From a virus (taxonomy: Duplodnaviria > Caudoviricetes): a DNA stretch of 44,808 nucleotides. The position numbers and the translations under genes were made by a program. The stretch is from positions 1 to 44,808 of IMG/VR virus record IMGVR_UViG_3300021082_000009; one strand, written 5' to 3'. The notes under the pieces are model-generated. The model saw only the letters and a list, made by a program, of their open reading frames with translations. It was not told where the DNA came from and ran no database searches. Below are positions 1 through 8,920 of the stretch, in pieces; within the stretch, counting starts at the first letter, position 1, and each line of letters opens with the position of its first letter.

Positions 1-127
1 AAGGCGTAGCACTCTTGAAGTCTCCACGTGAGCCGTTTGTAGTGTTGTGGGTTTGAACATTACCAGAAGGCACACCGCGCATGTCACCCGGTGTTGACTG
101 TCTACCACGACCATTGCCGCGTCGAGC
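1..127. repeat. Terminal direct repeat, copy 1 (127 bp); probable circular-assembly overlap
   Basis: 1-127 is identical to 44682-44808. 127 is a common assembler k-mer length, and a reading frame runs through the junction. Confidence 0.95.
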
Positions 128-1009
128 ATACGCTTCGATCTGTGGCCGCAATGGTGATGTGAAGTCCATGCCTCTGCGCTCTACCCAACTACGAAGTTCA
201 AAGTATGCACGTTCAGGCGTCAGGCCATGTTGTGATACTAGGTTGCTAATCTCTACACCATGCGTTTCAGCATGTGGATGTTGCTGCACGAAGCTTTCCA
301 TCTGCTCCTGTGCGCGTTCTTCAATCTGCGCTTGTCTCTCGCGCGCCTGAGTTTGTTTCTCAAGCGGACCCAAGCGACGATCTAACTCTTGCTTAATGAC
401 ACTCGCATTGATAGCAGGCACGGCATCATGGCCGAGTATCTGCTCCATCGTGGCACCTGCCGCTAGTACGCGAGCTATAACATCGCGCACGGCAGTGATG
501 GGGTCTTTCTCAGCTAACGCACGTAGCTGCATTGCCTCCATCGCCATCTGGTGAGAGAGGTTATTCTGCTTCATAACTACATCAATCTCTCTATACTGGT
601 TGAGAGCTTGATGCATCTTACGCGCTTCGCGCCCAGCTTGGTTAGCTGCGTACTGTGCGCGGTTGAGGTTGTATGCTAGCTGCTTCTCACGTCGCGTTGT
701 AGCAACGATGTTACCATTCCTATCAAGCAACTCACCGCGTGGGCCTTTCTTAGGCTTGTCAGTGAATAGCTGATCCTTGTCATCACGCTGTTTAGCTGTG
801 TGACGGTCGCTGCCAGTTTCAGGCTTGTCGGCCTGTTGAGGTTGGTTGTCAGACGGCGTGTTATCGTCTAACTGAGGTTGTGATAGTGGTTGATCTTGCT
901 GTTCAGCACTATCACTCCCCTCATCACCTCCCTCATGTTGCTGTGGAGCATCTTTGATGCCGAAGCTGTCACCAACCTGCGACATCAAATCCTTGTCTTG
1001 CTCGGCCAT
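1..1009 (-). CDS. Probable capsid scaffolding protein, 5' part (351 aa in total, continuing across the junction to TAA at 44635-44637); absent from the ORF track
   Basis: Manual translation from ATG 1009 (RBS TAAGGGGG): MAEQDKDLMSQVGDSFGIKD...TPWRDIASAVFTELNSK*. Acidic disordered N-terminus, helical middle, located between portal and capsid genes. Confidence 0.8.
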   Translation of the reverse strand, partial: MAEQDKDLMSQVGDSFGIKDAPQQHEGGDEGSDSAEQQDQPLSQPQLDDNTPSDNQPQQADKPETGSDRHTAKQRDDKDQLFTDKPKKGPRGELLDRNGNIVATTRREKQLAYNLNRAQYAANQAGREARKMHQALNQYREIDVVMKQNNLSHQMAMEAMQLRALAEKDPITAVRDVIARVLAAGATMEQILGHDAVPAINASVIKQELDRRLGPLEKQTQARERQAQIEERAQEQMESFVQQHPHAETHGVEISNLVSQHGLTPERAYFELRSWVERRGMDFTSPLRPQIEAYARRGNGRGRQSTPGDMRGVPSGNVQTHNTTNGSRGDFKSATP

Positions 1010-1019
1010 TGAAGCCCCC

Positions 1020-3356
1020 TTATGCGGCAGCGCCGCTTTGCATCTGTTGTATCATCTGCGTAGCTATTTCAGCTACACTCTTACCACGTGCCAGTTGCAC
1101 ACCTAGTGATTGCTTGATTTCAGGTGGCAAGCCGTCAATTAGACCAGCGACTTCTTGCACTATAGATGCAATGTCGTCAATCTGCGGCATACCGCCACCA
1201 CCTTGACCACCACCACCCGCACCGTTAGCAGCACCCTGCGCTTGACCACGCGCCTTCATAGCTTCAACAACCATCTCTTGCTTACGATCAGCACCTTGCT
1301 GTTGTGCCTGCTGATCACCCTGTTGTTGCTGTACTTCTTCAGGCGACGGCGCAGATGTCTCCTTGATGATGCCTTTGTATATCAATTCCCAGTCTTCCTT
1401 ACTCACAAGCACGTTGTCGAACGCACTTGCTAACACTTTCAATGAGACGACTGCAGCTATAGGCGTAGCACGTGTGAATTGACCTATAACTTGTGAAATC
1501 TGCAGCGCCTGCTCCTTCTTTGCGCGTGATGTAGGCTTGAGTGTGCTACCGCCTACTACACGTGGTGTGAATTTGGTGCGGATCGTCATAGGATCGACAT
1601 TTTCCCAATCCGCAGCGAACTTATCACCTAATATCCCTGCAACTTCCTCTTTAGGCATGAACTGCATACACATTTGTGCTGTTAGCCACAGTATTGTGCC
1701 TACTGAGTCCTCGATTGCGTCCATTTTCTCGTCGGCGCGTGTCTGAACCTGACTTTCGTAGCTCTCGATGGCACGATTAGTGGTGTTTGTCTTGTATTCT
1801 ACACCACGTTGCACCGATGCTACACCTGATAGGCGGTCGATGGCGTCTAGTACGGGCTTTTTGTCAAAAAACTTGATCGCTTCTGCGCTAGGAGGTAACA
1901 ATGGGCCAAGTACGTCACCTATCTTCTTGCCTTCAGGTAGATCAAGGCCGATTACGTTGGTATCCATCGTGCCATTGATGATACCTTCAAGCAGCGACGT
2001 GTCCTTTAGGCTGTTCTTGTCATATGCGAGCTTACCAGCGGCGAACTTACGCACCTTGGCCCACTCATTGTTGATGACGTTGATGTCATCTTGCTGATCA
2101 AGGTAGTATGTGACTTCACCCTTCGCATACATGGTGACAGGATCAGTGTGAAACTCCATTGGTACTACTGAGAAGAACTGATCCAGATGATATGGATCAT
2201 CCCATACCCACAGAGGATAACACCAATCGTTGCAATTATATAGCTCAACACGACGAGTGACCTTATCCCATACATATACCACTTTAGTCATCTGCGCGGC
2301 GAGGAAGGATTTCTGATCGCTGTATCCGTACTTAGCGTACTCACTTGTAGAATAACTAAAAAGTTGGAAGTTGTCCGTCTGACCACGTTCACCTTGATCG
2401 GGCGATACTCCAGCTTTGATAACATTCGTAGGAGAGAAGACAGATTCCCATTCATCGCTATCCGGCTTCTTTCGCCCATAGCGAGCGCGCAGTAGTGATG
2501 TATACATGAGGTCTTCAATCATCACCCAGTTGGTAGGACCACTAAGGTCTAGCTCAGTACCTGTAGGATCGACTATTACCTGATCAGGTCTACGCACCTT
2601 ACACCACGGACCTGATGGCGTGAGCATGTCAATTGTATCTTCCAACGCAAGTAGCTTGCCCTCAGTCTCTTTGATGTCCTTCTGCGACTTAGCCTTCTCA
2701 AGCTCAAGAGCGAGCTTCTGTATCTCTTCAAGGGCTGCTTCACTGCTGTTCTGCTTGAGTGTATAACCTACCTCAAACCAACCGACGTTGGTGAGTGTAG
2801 TGCTTACTATATTGCGCTTGACCTTACGCTTCAGGTTCAAGCCAGGTGATGTCTTCTTAGCAGCTAATACGTTGACCAGCTTCTCAACTATGCGGGCGCG
2901 TGGTTCGTCTTCTTTATCTTCAACTGTGAACTCCGCGTCTGGGTTCTTCGTGAACAGCATAGGTACAAGCGCACTGACATTCGCGAAGACGATGTTCTCT
3001 GTGCTGTTGAACTCGCCTTGCATCGGCGTGCCTGCTGTCGAGTCATTGTCACCATGTCTATTGCTCGCGCCTTGACGAGTGTGATCATGTCTGTAGTAGC
3101 GGTATGCTTCATTCCATGCGTCGAGTTGTTTAGACATTGCACTCTTGCCTTGGTCGTAGCGACTACGCCACAAGGGTCCGCGGTGCTTACTAACAGGTAT
3201 CTTGCTCTCACCTAGCATACGGTAGATGGGCATGTCACTTACTGGAGCGCCGTCAGGCTTCATCACTCCTTCATACGAGTTGAATGCTGCACCGTCTGTG
3301 TCGGTAGCATCAACTGCACGTGGCGCTGTTAGTGGATCGTTGTAGTCTTCAGCCAT
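1020..3356 (-). CDS. Portal protein (778 aa) with Q/G-rich C-terminal extension
   Basis: Directly downstream of TerL and upstream of the scaffold; size and helical content fit podovirus portals. Confidence 0.8.
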   Translation of the reverse strand: MAEDYNDPLTAPRAVDATDTDGAAFNSYEGVMKPDGAPVSDMPIYRMLGESKIPVSKHRGPLWRSRYDQGKSAMSKQLDAWNEAYRYYRHDHTRQGASNRHGDNDSTAGTPMQGEFNSTENIVFANVSALVPMLFTKNPDAEFTVEDKEDEPRARIVEKLVNVLAAKKTSPGLNLKRKVKRNIVSTTLTNVGWFEVGYTLKQNSSEAALEEIQKLALELEKAKSQKDIKETEGKLLALEDTIDMLTPSGPWCKVRRPDQVIVDPTGTELDLSGPTNWVMIEDLMYTSLLRARYGRKKPDSDEWESVFSPTNVIKAGVSPDQGERGQTDNFQLFSYSTSEYAKYGYSDQKSFLAAQMTKVVYVWDKVTRRVELYNCNDWCYPLWVWDDPYHLDQFFSVVPMEFHTDPVTMYAKGEVTYYLDQQDDINVINNEWAKVRKFAAGKLAYDKNSLKDTSLLEGIINGTMDTNVIGLDLPEGKKIGDVLGPLLPPSAEAIKFFDKKPVLDAIDRLSGVASVQRGVEYKTNTTNRAIESYESQVQTRADEKMDAIEDSVGTILWLTAQMCMQFMPKEEVAGILGDKFAADWENVDPMTIRTKFTPRVVGGSTLKPTSRAKKEQALQISQVIGQFTRATPIAAVVSLKVLASAFDNVLVSKEDWELIYKGIIKETSAPSPEEVQQQQGDQQAQQQGADRKQEMVVEAMKARGQAQGAANGAGGGGQGGGGMPQIDDIASIVQEVAGLIDGLPPEIKQSLGVQLARGKSVAEIATQMIQQMQSGAAA

Positions 3357-4944
3357 AGCGATGTGCCTTTGAATTGTGCTTAGCCTTGTCGTTCTCTTGC
3401 CACATCATCCAACTAGGCACACGTTGTTCAGCAGCAATCTGGTATCTGCCTATGTCAGGCATATCACCGAGTAGATACTTAGTTGTATCCATCGCATGGT
3501 CGTTGCGATCTATCGGCTTGTCAATGCGTTCACCAGAAGTAGATTGCTGCCAGAAGTAACCAGCAACTTCATCTGTCCACCAGTCCAACTTGGCGTTGAT
3601 AAATAAGCGAGGTGATCCTGCAACACGCTTGATGGGATGAAGCAGTGTGTGATTGATGTTGAGATAGCTGCCAACCTTAACAATGCCATTGTTGACATCA
3701 TTGTTACCACGCTTCATCAGGATGTTGTCTTCCTTGAACATGTCAGCAACTGTTCTACCTACAGTGCGCTTGCTGATTGTCTTACGACCGAAGATGCTAG
3801 GGTCAGCTTGTATCTTGTGCATCTCATCAGCTTCAAACATCCACTCCTTACGTATACGCCGTATACCTGCTATCTGCTCATCAAGCGGCATCTCTTTCTT
3901 GTAGAAGCCATCGCATATGATGACATGCGACTCTGGTGTTACGAATGCTAGGATGTAGCAGGAGGCTTGTGCTTGTCCATAGTCATACGCCTCGATCCAA
4001 TTTGGTTGATAATGTGTCTCAATGTAGCCATCAAACAGAGAATGTATGTTCCCTTCTTGCAGTAGATGCACCGATGCGTCGTATTGCGGATATACGAGTC
4101 CTTCATAAGCCACCCACTTGCCAAGGAGGAAACGGTCCCGTTGTTGACCCTGATACATCGTCTCCAGTGTCTGGATGAAATCGCCTCCTTCAGCTTCGTG
4201 GACGTGTCGGAGTTCATATGTGCTACCCTCTATCACTTCAATCAACAACTGCGGCTTATCATCATACAACACAGGCTTACGATCTACATCACGCATACAG
4301 ATCAAGTCATCTGTTATGATGCCTGTTGTCTTATACTGCGCGAGTGGTCTGACTAACTTAGTATACACCCAGTTGCCGGTTGGATTACATGTCAACATCA
4401 TCCAACGCGGGCCTGTCACAGGCATAGTCGCGTCGTCGCCCACATATCGCGCACGTCCACGTAGCCGCCCAAAGAGATCGAGGAAGTCTTTGTGTGTGAT
4501 CTCTGGGTCTTCCACTTGATCCACTATCACCCAATCGAACGTCGCCGAAAGCAAATTCGAGCTGCTGCTCTCTGTCTTCGTGCCTTGTTGTGCTATGTAC
4601 CTGAAGTATATCGTCGTGCCGTTCTTTAGGTGACAGATGTTGTCGCCGTTCTGTCCTACTGCGAATGAGACGATCCATGTCGGTGGACACCATTTCTGAA
4701 ACTCCTTGCGTATAGTGTCGTTGAGCTTCGGATAGGTACTGCGTGATATGAGGCCGACTGAGCCAGGATACTGATCAGCGAGTTGCAGTGCTTTGATAAC
4801 AGCAGCAGTAGTCTTACCATTGCCAAACCCTCCACCATACACTTGCACCTTAGCACGTGAGTGTAAGAAGCGATCCTGCAAGCTACCCTCTTTGAGTAGC
4901 AACTCAGGTCGCTCAGCTACATCTACTCTACGTGCACGTGCCAT
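3349..4944 (-). CDS. terL: Terminase large subunit
   Basis: Walker A GGGFGNGKT, Walker B-like WVIVDQ, coupling motif LTCNP, RNase H-like nuclease motifs AYDYG, ADPS and NDHAMD. Confidence 0.93.
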   Translation of the reverse strand: MARARRVDVAERPELLLKEGSLQDRFLHSRAKVQVYGGGFGNGKTTAAVIKALQLADQYPGSVGLISRSTYPKLNDTIRKEFQKWCPPTWIVSFAVGQNGDNICHLKNGTTIYFRYIAQQGTKTESSSSNLLSATFDWVIVDQVEDPEITHKDFLDLFGRLRGRARYVGDDATMPVTGPRWMMLTCNPTGNWVYTKLVRPLAQYKTTGIITDDLICMRDVDRKPVLYDDKPQLLIEVIEGSTYELRHVHEAEGGDFIQTLETMYQGQQRDRFLLGKWVAYEGLVYPQYDASVHLLQEGNIHSLFDGYIETHYQPNWIEAYDYGQAQASCYILAFVTPESHVIICDGFYKKEMPLDEQIAGIRRIRKEWMFEADEMHKIQADPSIFGRKTISKRTVGRTVADMFKEDNILMKRGNNDVNNGIVKVGSYLNINHTLLHPIKRVAGSPRLFINAKLDWWTDEVAGYFWQQSTSGERIDKPIDRNDHAMDTTKYLLGDMPDIGRYQIAAEQRVPSWMMWQENDKAKHNSKAHRYG

Positions 4945-5162
4945 TAGCGTATGTTCGTCTCTGCCCAGTTGGTAGCTGCACCACCGAGGTAGCGGTAGAT
5001 CGAACCTGTCGCAGTGTCTACACGCATCTCACTGACGTAGCCTGCAGTAGACGGCACACCGCTGGCGAACATAGTAGGTGCATCGTAGCTAGGATCAACT
5101 ACACCATAGAAGCCGTTGGCGATGATACCTTGTCCGTCCTTGTTAGGTACACGTGCCATCAC
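4944..5162 (-). CDS. Hypothetical protein (72 aa)
   Basis: Start and stop overlap both neighbours, indicating translational coupling; RBS AAGGAG. Confidence 0.7.
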   Translation of the reverse strand: MMARVPNKDGQGIIANGFYGVVDPSYDAPTMFASGVPSTAGYVSEMRVDTATGSIYRYLGGAATNWAETNIR

Positions 5163-5797
5163 TTGTCTCCTTTGATTGGTGTCACATCAATAGTAGGCAT
5201 ATGCTTAGGCTGTGCGATCTCACGTATGTGACGAATGATCAGACCACCTTCTAACGAGTGACGATGCTCCATCACCTGCTTAGGACTAAAGCCACCGCGA
5301 TCTAGCATGTTCATTGCTATGCGAGCCTTAGTAGCAGGTCTAGTCTCTTCATCCTCTAACAAGTCCTCAAGCTTATCCAACGCACCACCACTCATAGCAT
5401 CAATGCGCTTCTGCACATTGTCACTAGTCAGTGCTGCAAGATTGTCGCGTAGTAGTATGTCAAGCTGACCGAACAACTGTAAGCCTTTGATCATGTCAAC
5501 TTGACTGATCTTCAAGCCTGTAGCTTCAGCTATCTCAGCGTCATTGATACCTAGGTTGTAGTACAACCACACAACGCCAGCGGTAGTCACTGCTTTAGTG
5601 TCAGCAGGCAGATCAATAAGACCACGGCGAATAGCACGATTGTTGCGGTCACGACCTCGTACAACAGTAGCCTCGCTCGTCTGCTTCGTCTTTGCTGTCT
5701 GTTGTTGTATAACACTCTCTGGCGATGTATTGGGTAGTATCGCCTGGCCCGTCTTAGTATCAATGATAAGTCCATTGGCTAAGGGTAGATCAGTCAT
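5159..5797 (-). CDS. Probable terminase small subunit (HTH-containing)
   Basis: HTH-like segment GINDAEIAEATGLKISQVDMIK, helical oligomerisation-like region ending MLDRGG, position upstream of terL. Confidence 0.6.
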   Translation of the reverse strand: MTDLPLANGLIIDTKTGQAILPNTSPESVIQQQTAKTKQTSEATVVRGRDRNNRAIRRGLIDLPADTKAVTTAGVVWLYYNLGINDAEIAEATGLKISQVDMIKGLQLFGQLDILLRDNLAALTSDNVQKRIDAMSGGALDKLEDLLEDEETRPATKARIAMNMLDRGGFSPKQVMEHRHSLEGGLIIRHIREIAQPKHMPTIDVTPIKGDK

Positions 5798-6603
5798 CGT
5801 GTACGCGGTCCACGCTTGACACCTGTCTGTGCTACACCACGCTCCTTCGCGGCGGCGTCTCTGTACATCTGCCTGATCATATCTTGGTTGCCACCAGCTT
5901 TAGCCTTAGGTGTAGCTGAAGGTGACGCAGGCCCACGCATGTTAGGACCACCTATGTTAGGTGCACGCATCTTCGGTCCACCGGGTATGTCGCCACCCAT
6001 TGATGCACTTATAGCTGCATCCATACCACCTGCACCAGTCGGTACACCACGCGGCATAGCACCACCTCCACCTTGTCTACCTGCAATGATCTGTTGTGCA
6101 GCAGCTAAGTCTTGCGCTGTAGGCATACCACCAGCACCACTACCGGGGCCGGGTGCTTGTGCTTGTGCTACATCTTCAGGTGATGCAGCAGCCTGTGCTT
6201 CCATGCCTTCATACTCGGCATCAGCATCAGGTGCTACTTCAGCTTCATCGGGGGCGGAGGGTGCAGAACCCGTGGGCTGTGCAGGTTGATCAGGTCCACC
6301 TTCACCCTCCGCAGCAGCATCAGTAGGTCCGCCGTCACCACTGACACCACTAGCTTTGTCTGCTGCACCGTCTATCCACTCAGTAGCAGCACTAGCTAAG
6401 TCTTCAGGACTAATCTCTTGACCTGTAAGCTGTGAGATAGCTGCAGCCATTTCATCAGGTGACATCTTAGACAACTGTGCCATGATGCCAGTGATATCAC
6501 CACCACTCATGCCACCTGTCTGCTGCATCAACTGCTGGATCATCTGCGGATTGATACCAGCAGGCATAGCACCGCTCTGCTCCATCTCATCAGGTGTAGG
6601 CAT
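5794..6603 (-). CDS. Low-complexity G/A/P/Q/M-rich hypothetical protein (269 aa)
   Basis: Long ORF in the operon, ATGA overlap with the next gene, acidic middle and basic C-terminus. Confidence 0.7.
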   Translation of the reverse strand: MPTPDEMEQSGAMPAGINPQMIQQLMQQTGGMSGGDITGIMAQLSKMSPDEMAAAISQLTGQEISPEDLASAATEWIDGAADKASGVSGDGGPTDAAAEGEGGPDQPAQPTGSAPSAPDEAEVAPDADAEYEGMEAQAAASPEDVAQAQAPGPGSGAGGMPTAQDLAAAQQIIAGRQGGGGAMPRGVPTGAGGMDAAISASMGGDIPGGPKMRAPNIGGPNMRGPASPSATPKAKAGGNQDMIRQMYRDAAAKERGVAQTGVKRGPRTR

Positions 6604-6614
6604 ACTATGTATCC

Positions 6615-7013
6615 CTATTTGTTGATAGTACCAACCATGCTACCACCACCGTTGCCGCTCTTGTCAACAGGATAAACAAGCGGTGCCCACGTAGGTGTCA
6701 TCTGCGACTGGAATGCTTCCTTCTCAGTAATAGTAGTAGCGTGCAGTGGTACAATTACATACGTTGCAATAGGACGCTGACCACCTTGGTTCAAGCCATC
6801 AGCTTGTATGGCTGCAACCTGCTTGATGCTCAGATCAGCATTGGCACCTACACCGTTGCAGAGCGCACGTCCGATCTCACCGACATACTGACCACCTACT
6901 GATGCAGTGAGACGAGCAATGCTACGCATCGTTGCTGTTGCTTGTTGAATAGGTGCGTATGCTTGTCCGAATTGATTATCCCAACCGCCTGCCCATGATG
7001 GCATGGTGTTCAC
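6615..7013 (-). CDS. Hypothetical protein, first gene of the leftward operon
   Basis: ORF follows the leftward promoter; AGGAG upstream suggests a start at the ATG near 7004. Confidence 0.7.
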   Translation of the reverse strand: MNTMPSWAGGWDNQFGQAYAPIQQATATMRSIARLTASVGGQYVGEIGRALCNGVGANADLSIKQVAAIQADGLNQGGQRPIATYVIVPLHATTITEKEAFQSQMTPTWAPLVYPVDKSGNGGGSMVGTINK

Positions 7014-7059
7014 TCCTGATTGTGCAAGATGAGGTGGAACTTACACAGTCCCATCATCG

Positions 7060-7088
7060 GCCATAGCACGCATACGTATAAATGTCAA
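7060..7088 (-). promoter_or_regulatory. Sigma70-like promoter for the packaging/head operon
   Basis: TTGACA-17 bp-TATGGC preceded by GTGC; same layout as the promoter at 39079-39107. Confidence 0.6.
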
Positions 7089-7138
7089 TAGACGCAACGA
7101 CTTACACTACCTATACATAGATATACACCGTATACATC

Positions 7139-7155
7139 CCGGCCCGAAGGGCCGG
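7139..7155. other. GC hairpin CCGGCCC-GAA-GGGCCGG
   Basis: Perfect 7-bp inverted repeat around a GAA triloop. Confidence 0.8.
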
Positions 7156-7223
7156 AGCCTAGCCGTGGCTTCATTCACTCGCGAGTGTATACATACAAGC
7201 GACGACGTAGCAAGCACTACGAC

Positions 7224-7252
7224 TTGCATTTGTGTGCTATATGTGATATATA
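7224..7252 (+). promoter_or_regulatory. Promoter-like element facing into the non-coding region
   Basis: cTTGCAT-17-TATATA, containing the CTATATGTG core shared with promoters at 9165, 14058 and 16900. Confidence 0.5.
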
Positions 7253-7753
7253 GTAGATGTTGCGTTGATACTACTTAGCACTCATACTACTAGCTCATAC
7301 ACAGGGCGACGTAGTGTGAGTGCATTTTTATTTATACATACTAGGTACTTATGTATATATGGCGACGTTGTATGTGCATGGGGGGGAGTCTTGTGCGTGC
7401 GTGATTTCAATGATACATGCAGTGGATGTCGGTGCCCCGTGCCCACCCACCCGTCCGCCAGCTATATGCTATTTGGGAAGTGCGCGGGGAGCATAGCTGC
7501 TATGCATCAGACGCAGACATGCAGTGTATGCATAGCTACCACATATAGTAGGTATGCATTCGCGCTATACTAGATGTAGTGTCAAGTTGGGCAGACGCAT
7601 AGGTGAGCGGCGCGCCATGCATCCACGCTGTGCCACGTGCTATTGACACTATATGTGGTATAGCTTGCCCATGTACATTGTGGGCAGTGATAGTGGGCAA
7701 CATGTATACGTTGTATATCCAATGCCCATTCTACGTTGTCTAAAAAACAGCCC

Positions 7754-7782
7754 TTGCGTCTGATGTTTACCTCAATTAGTAT
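7754..7782 (+). promoter_or_regulatory. Candidate promoter of the first early gene
   Basis: cTTGCGT-17-TAGTAT, about 15 nt upstream of a structured leader. Confidence 0.45.
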
Positions 7783-7796
7783 ATTGACAGTTGGAC

Positions 7797-7926
7797 GGCT
7801 TCCCAGGGAGCGCTTGCGGTGCAAGCCCTGGTTCTGGTCCCCCAGCTAGCGGCTAGCGCTTTGATCGCACGTAGTGCGGGAGCCTCGCGTATGTAACCCT
7901 AACGCCACAGGCATAAGCTTGTGGTG
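7797..7926 (+). ncRNA. Candidate structured leader/ncRNA (four-way junction plus hairpin)
   Basis: Pairings read by eye: GGCTTC/GGAGCC enclosing three hairpins, then CGCCACAGG/CTTGTGGTG with G-U pairs. Confidence 0.35.
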
Positions 7927-7954
7927 AAACAACGCAACATGAAAGAACAAGACA

Positions 7955-8797
7955 ATGGCTTCTAATCATTCGACATTCGGCTCCGACATTCTCCGCAATG
8001 CAACGATGAAACTGGAGAGTGATACCGGCAAGCTGATGCTAGCTGACAAGCATGCATCAGAGTTTGCTAACATCCTCAAGCGGCTGGATATGCCCAACGC
8101 TAAGACGCGCGCGGTAATCCTCGAAGCTTGGAAGGCTACGCCTACAGGTGACGCCTTTTACCTTGAGTATGATGAACTCAAGGCGGATGGCGAACAGCGC
8201 ACGCCTACTCAGGAGAAGCAATTCGCCCTGATGAAGGCGCGTCTCAATCAAATCAATACCACGATGGAACGCGCGTTGAACACCTATCGCGGTATCGTTA
8301 CGCTTCGCAAGCTTGGCCGCACGGTCAAGGTTGAGAAGGCTAAGAACGTGAAAGACGTTGAGAACGCTGATGTTTACTACTGCTACGTTAGCTACATCAG
8401 CGACAAGCTTAGCGACGAACAACGCAAGCTTGAGAAGGATGAACCCGTGTTGTTCGATGCTAGCAAGCTTGCTCGTATTGCTGGCATTGCTGATGCTATC
8501 ACCGACACGATGGCGACTGTTGATATCCGCCGCTTGTGCTCGCCTAAGTCTGGCAAGCGTAACAAAGAGACGCCTGCCAATGGTCACGCTGACCACACTA
8601 AGGTCAAGGAACACGCTGTGTCACTCGACACTGAGGTAGCTACGCTCATGAGCAATGGCAAGCTCGCGGGTGGCAAAGGCGTGAATGAGGCCATCGGCTT
8701 GCTGTACGCTCGCCTTGAACGCGAGCTTAGCAGCGAAGTGAAAGAGGCAGGCCTCAAGGCGTACGATGCGGAAGGCGCAACCGAGGCAGTCGCCTAA
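7955..8797 (+). CDS. Hypothetical early protein (280 aa)
   Basis: Long ORF with regular codon use, K/A/E-rich and helical, followed by a strong terminator; no motif recognised. Confidence 0.85.
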   Translation: MASNHSTFGSDILRNATMKLESDTGKLMLADKHASEFANILKRLDMPNAKTRAVILEAWKATPTGDAFYLEYDELKADGEQRTPTQEKQFALMKARLNQINTTMERALNTYRGIVTLRKLGRTVKVEKAKNVKDVENADVYYCYVSYISDKLSDEQRKLEKDEPVLFDASKLARIAGIADAITDTMATVDIRRLCSPKSGKRNKETPANGHADHTKVKEHAVSLDTEVATLMSNGKLAGGKGVNEAIGLLYARLERELSSEVKEAGLKAYDAEGATEAVA

Positions 8798-8860
8798 CGT
8801 ATACAGCGTATACATGCCGCGCGTCACACATAGGCGCGCGGCATGATGCTACACATAACA

Positions 8861-8920
8861 AGCCCACGCAATGTCAGGCACCGCACCCATCGGTGTGCCT
8901 CGACATGCGTGGGTTTTTTT
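8861..8920 (+). terminator. Rho-independent terminator with an unusually long stem
   Basis: CCCACGCA-ATGTC-AGGCAC...GTGCCT-CGACAT-GCGTGGG followed by T7; preceded by a second hairpin at 8813-8845. Confidence 0.8.

Noticed and set aside
1-127. 127-bp end repeat as a biological terminal repeat
   Set aside because: It falls in the middle of the scaffold gene and equals a standard assembler k-mer length, so it is best read as a circularisation artefact.
7265-7824. ORFs 7265..7573 (+) and 7582..7824 (-)
   Set aside because: No RBS, non-ATG starts and atypical C/Y/H-rich composition; the region looks regulatory.
7797-7884. tRNA gene
   Set aside because: Cloverleaf-like size, but no TTC T-loop, no 7-nt anticodon loop and no CCA; kept only as an unknown structure.
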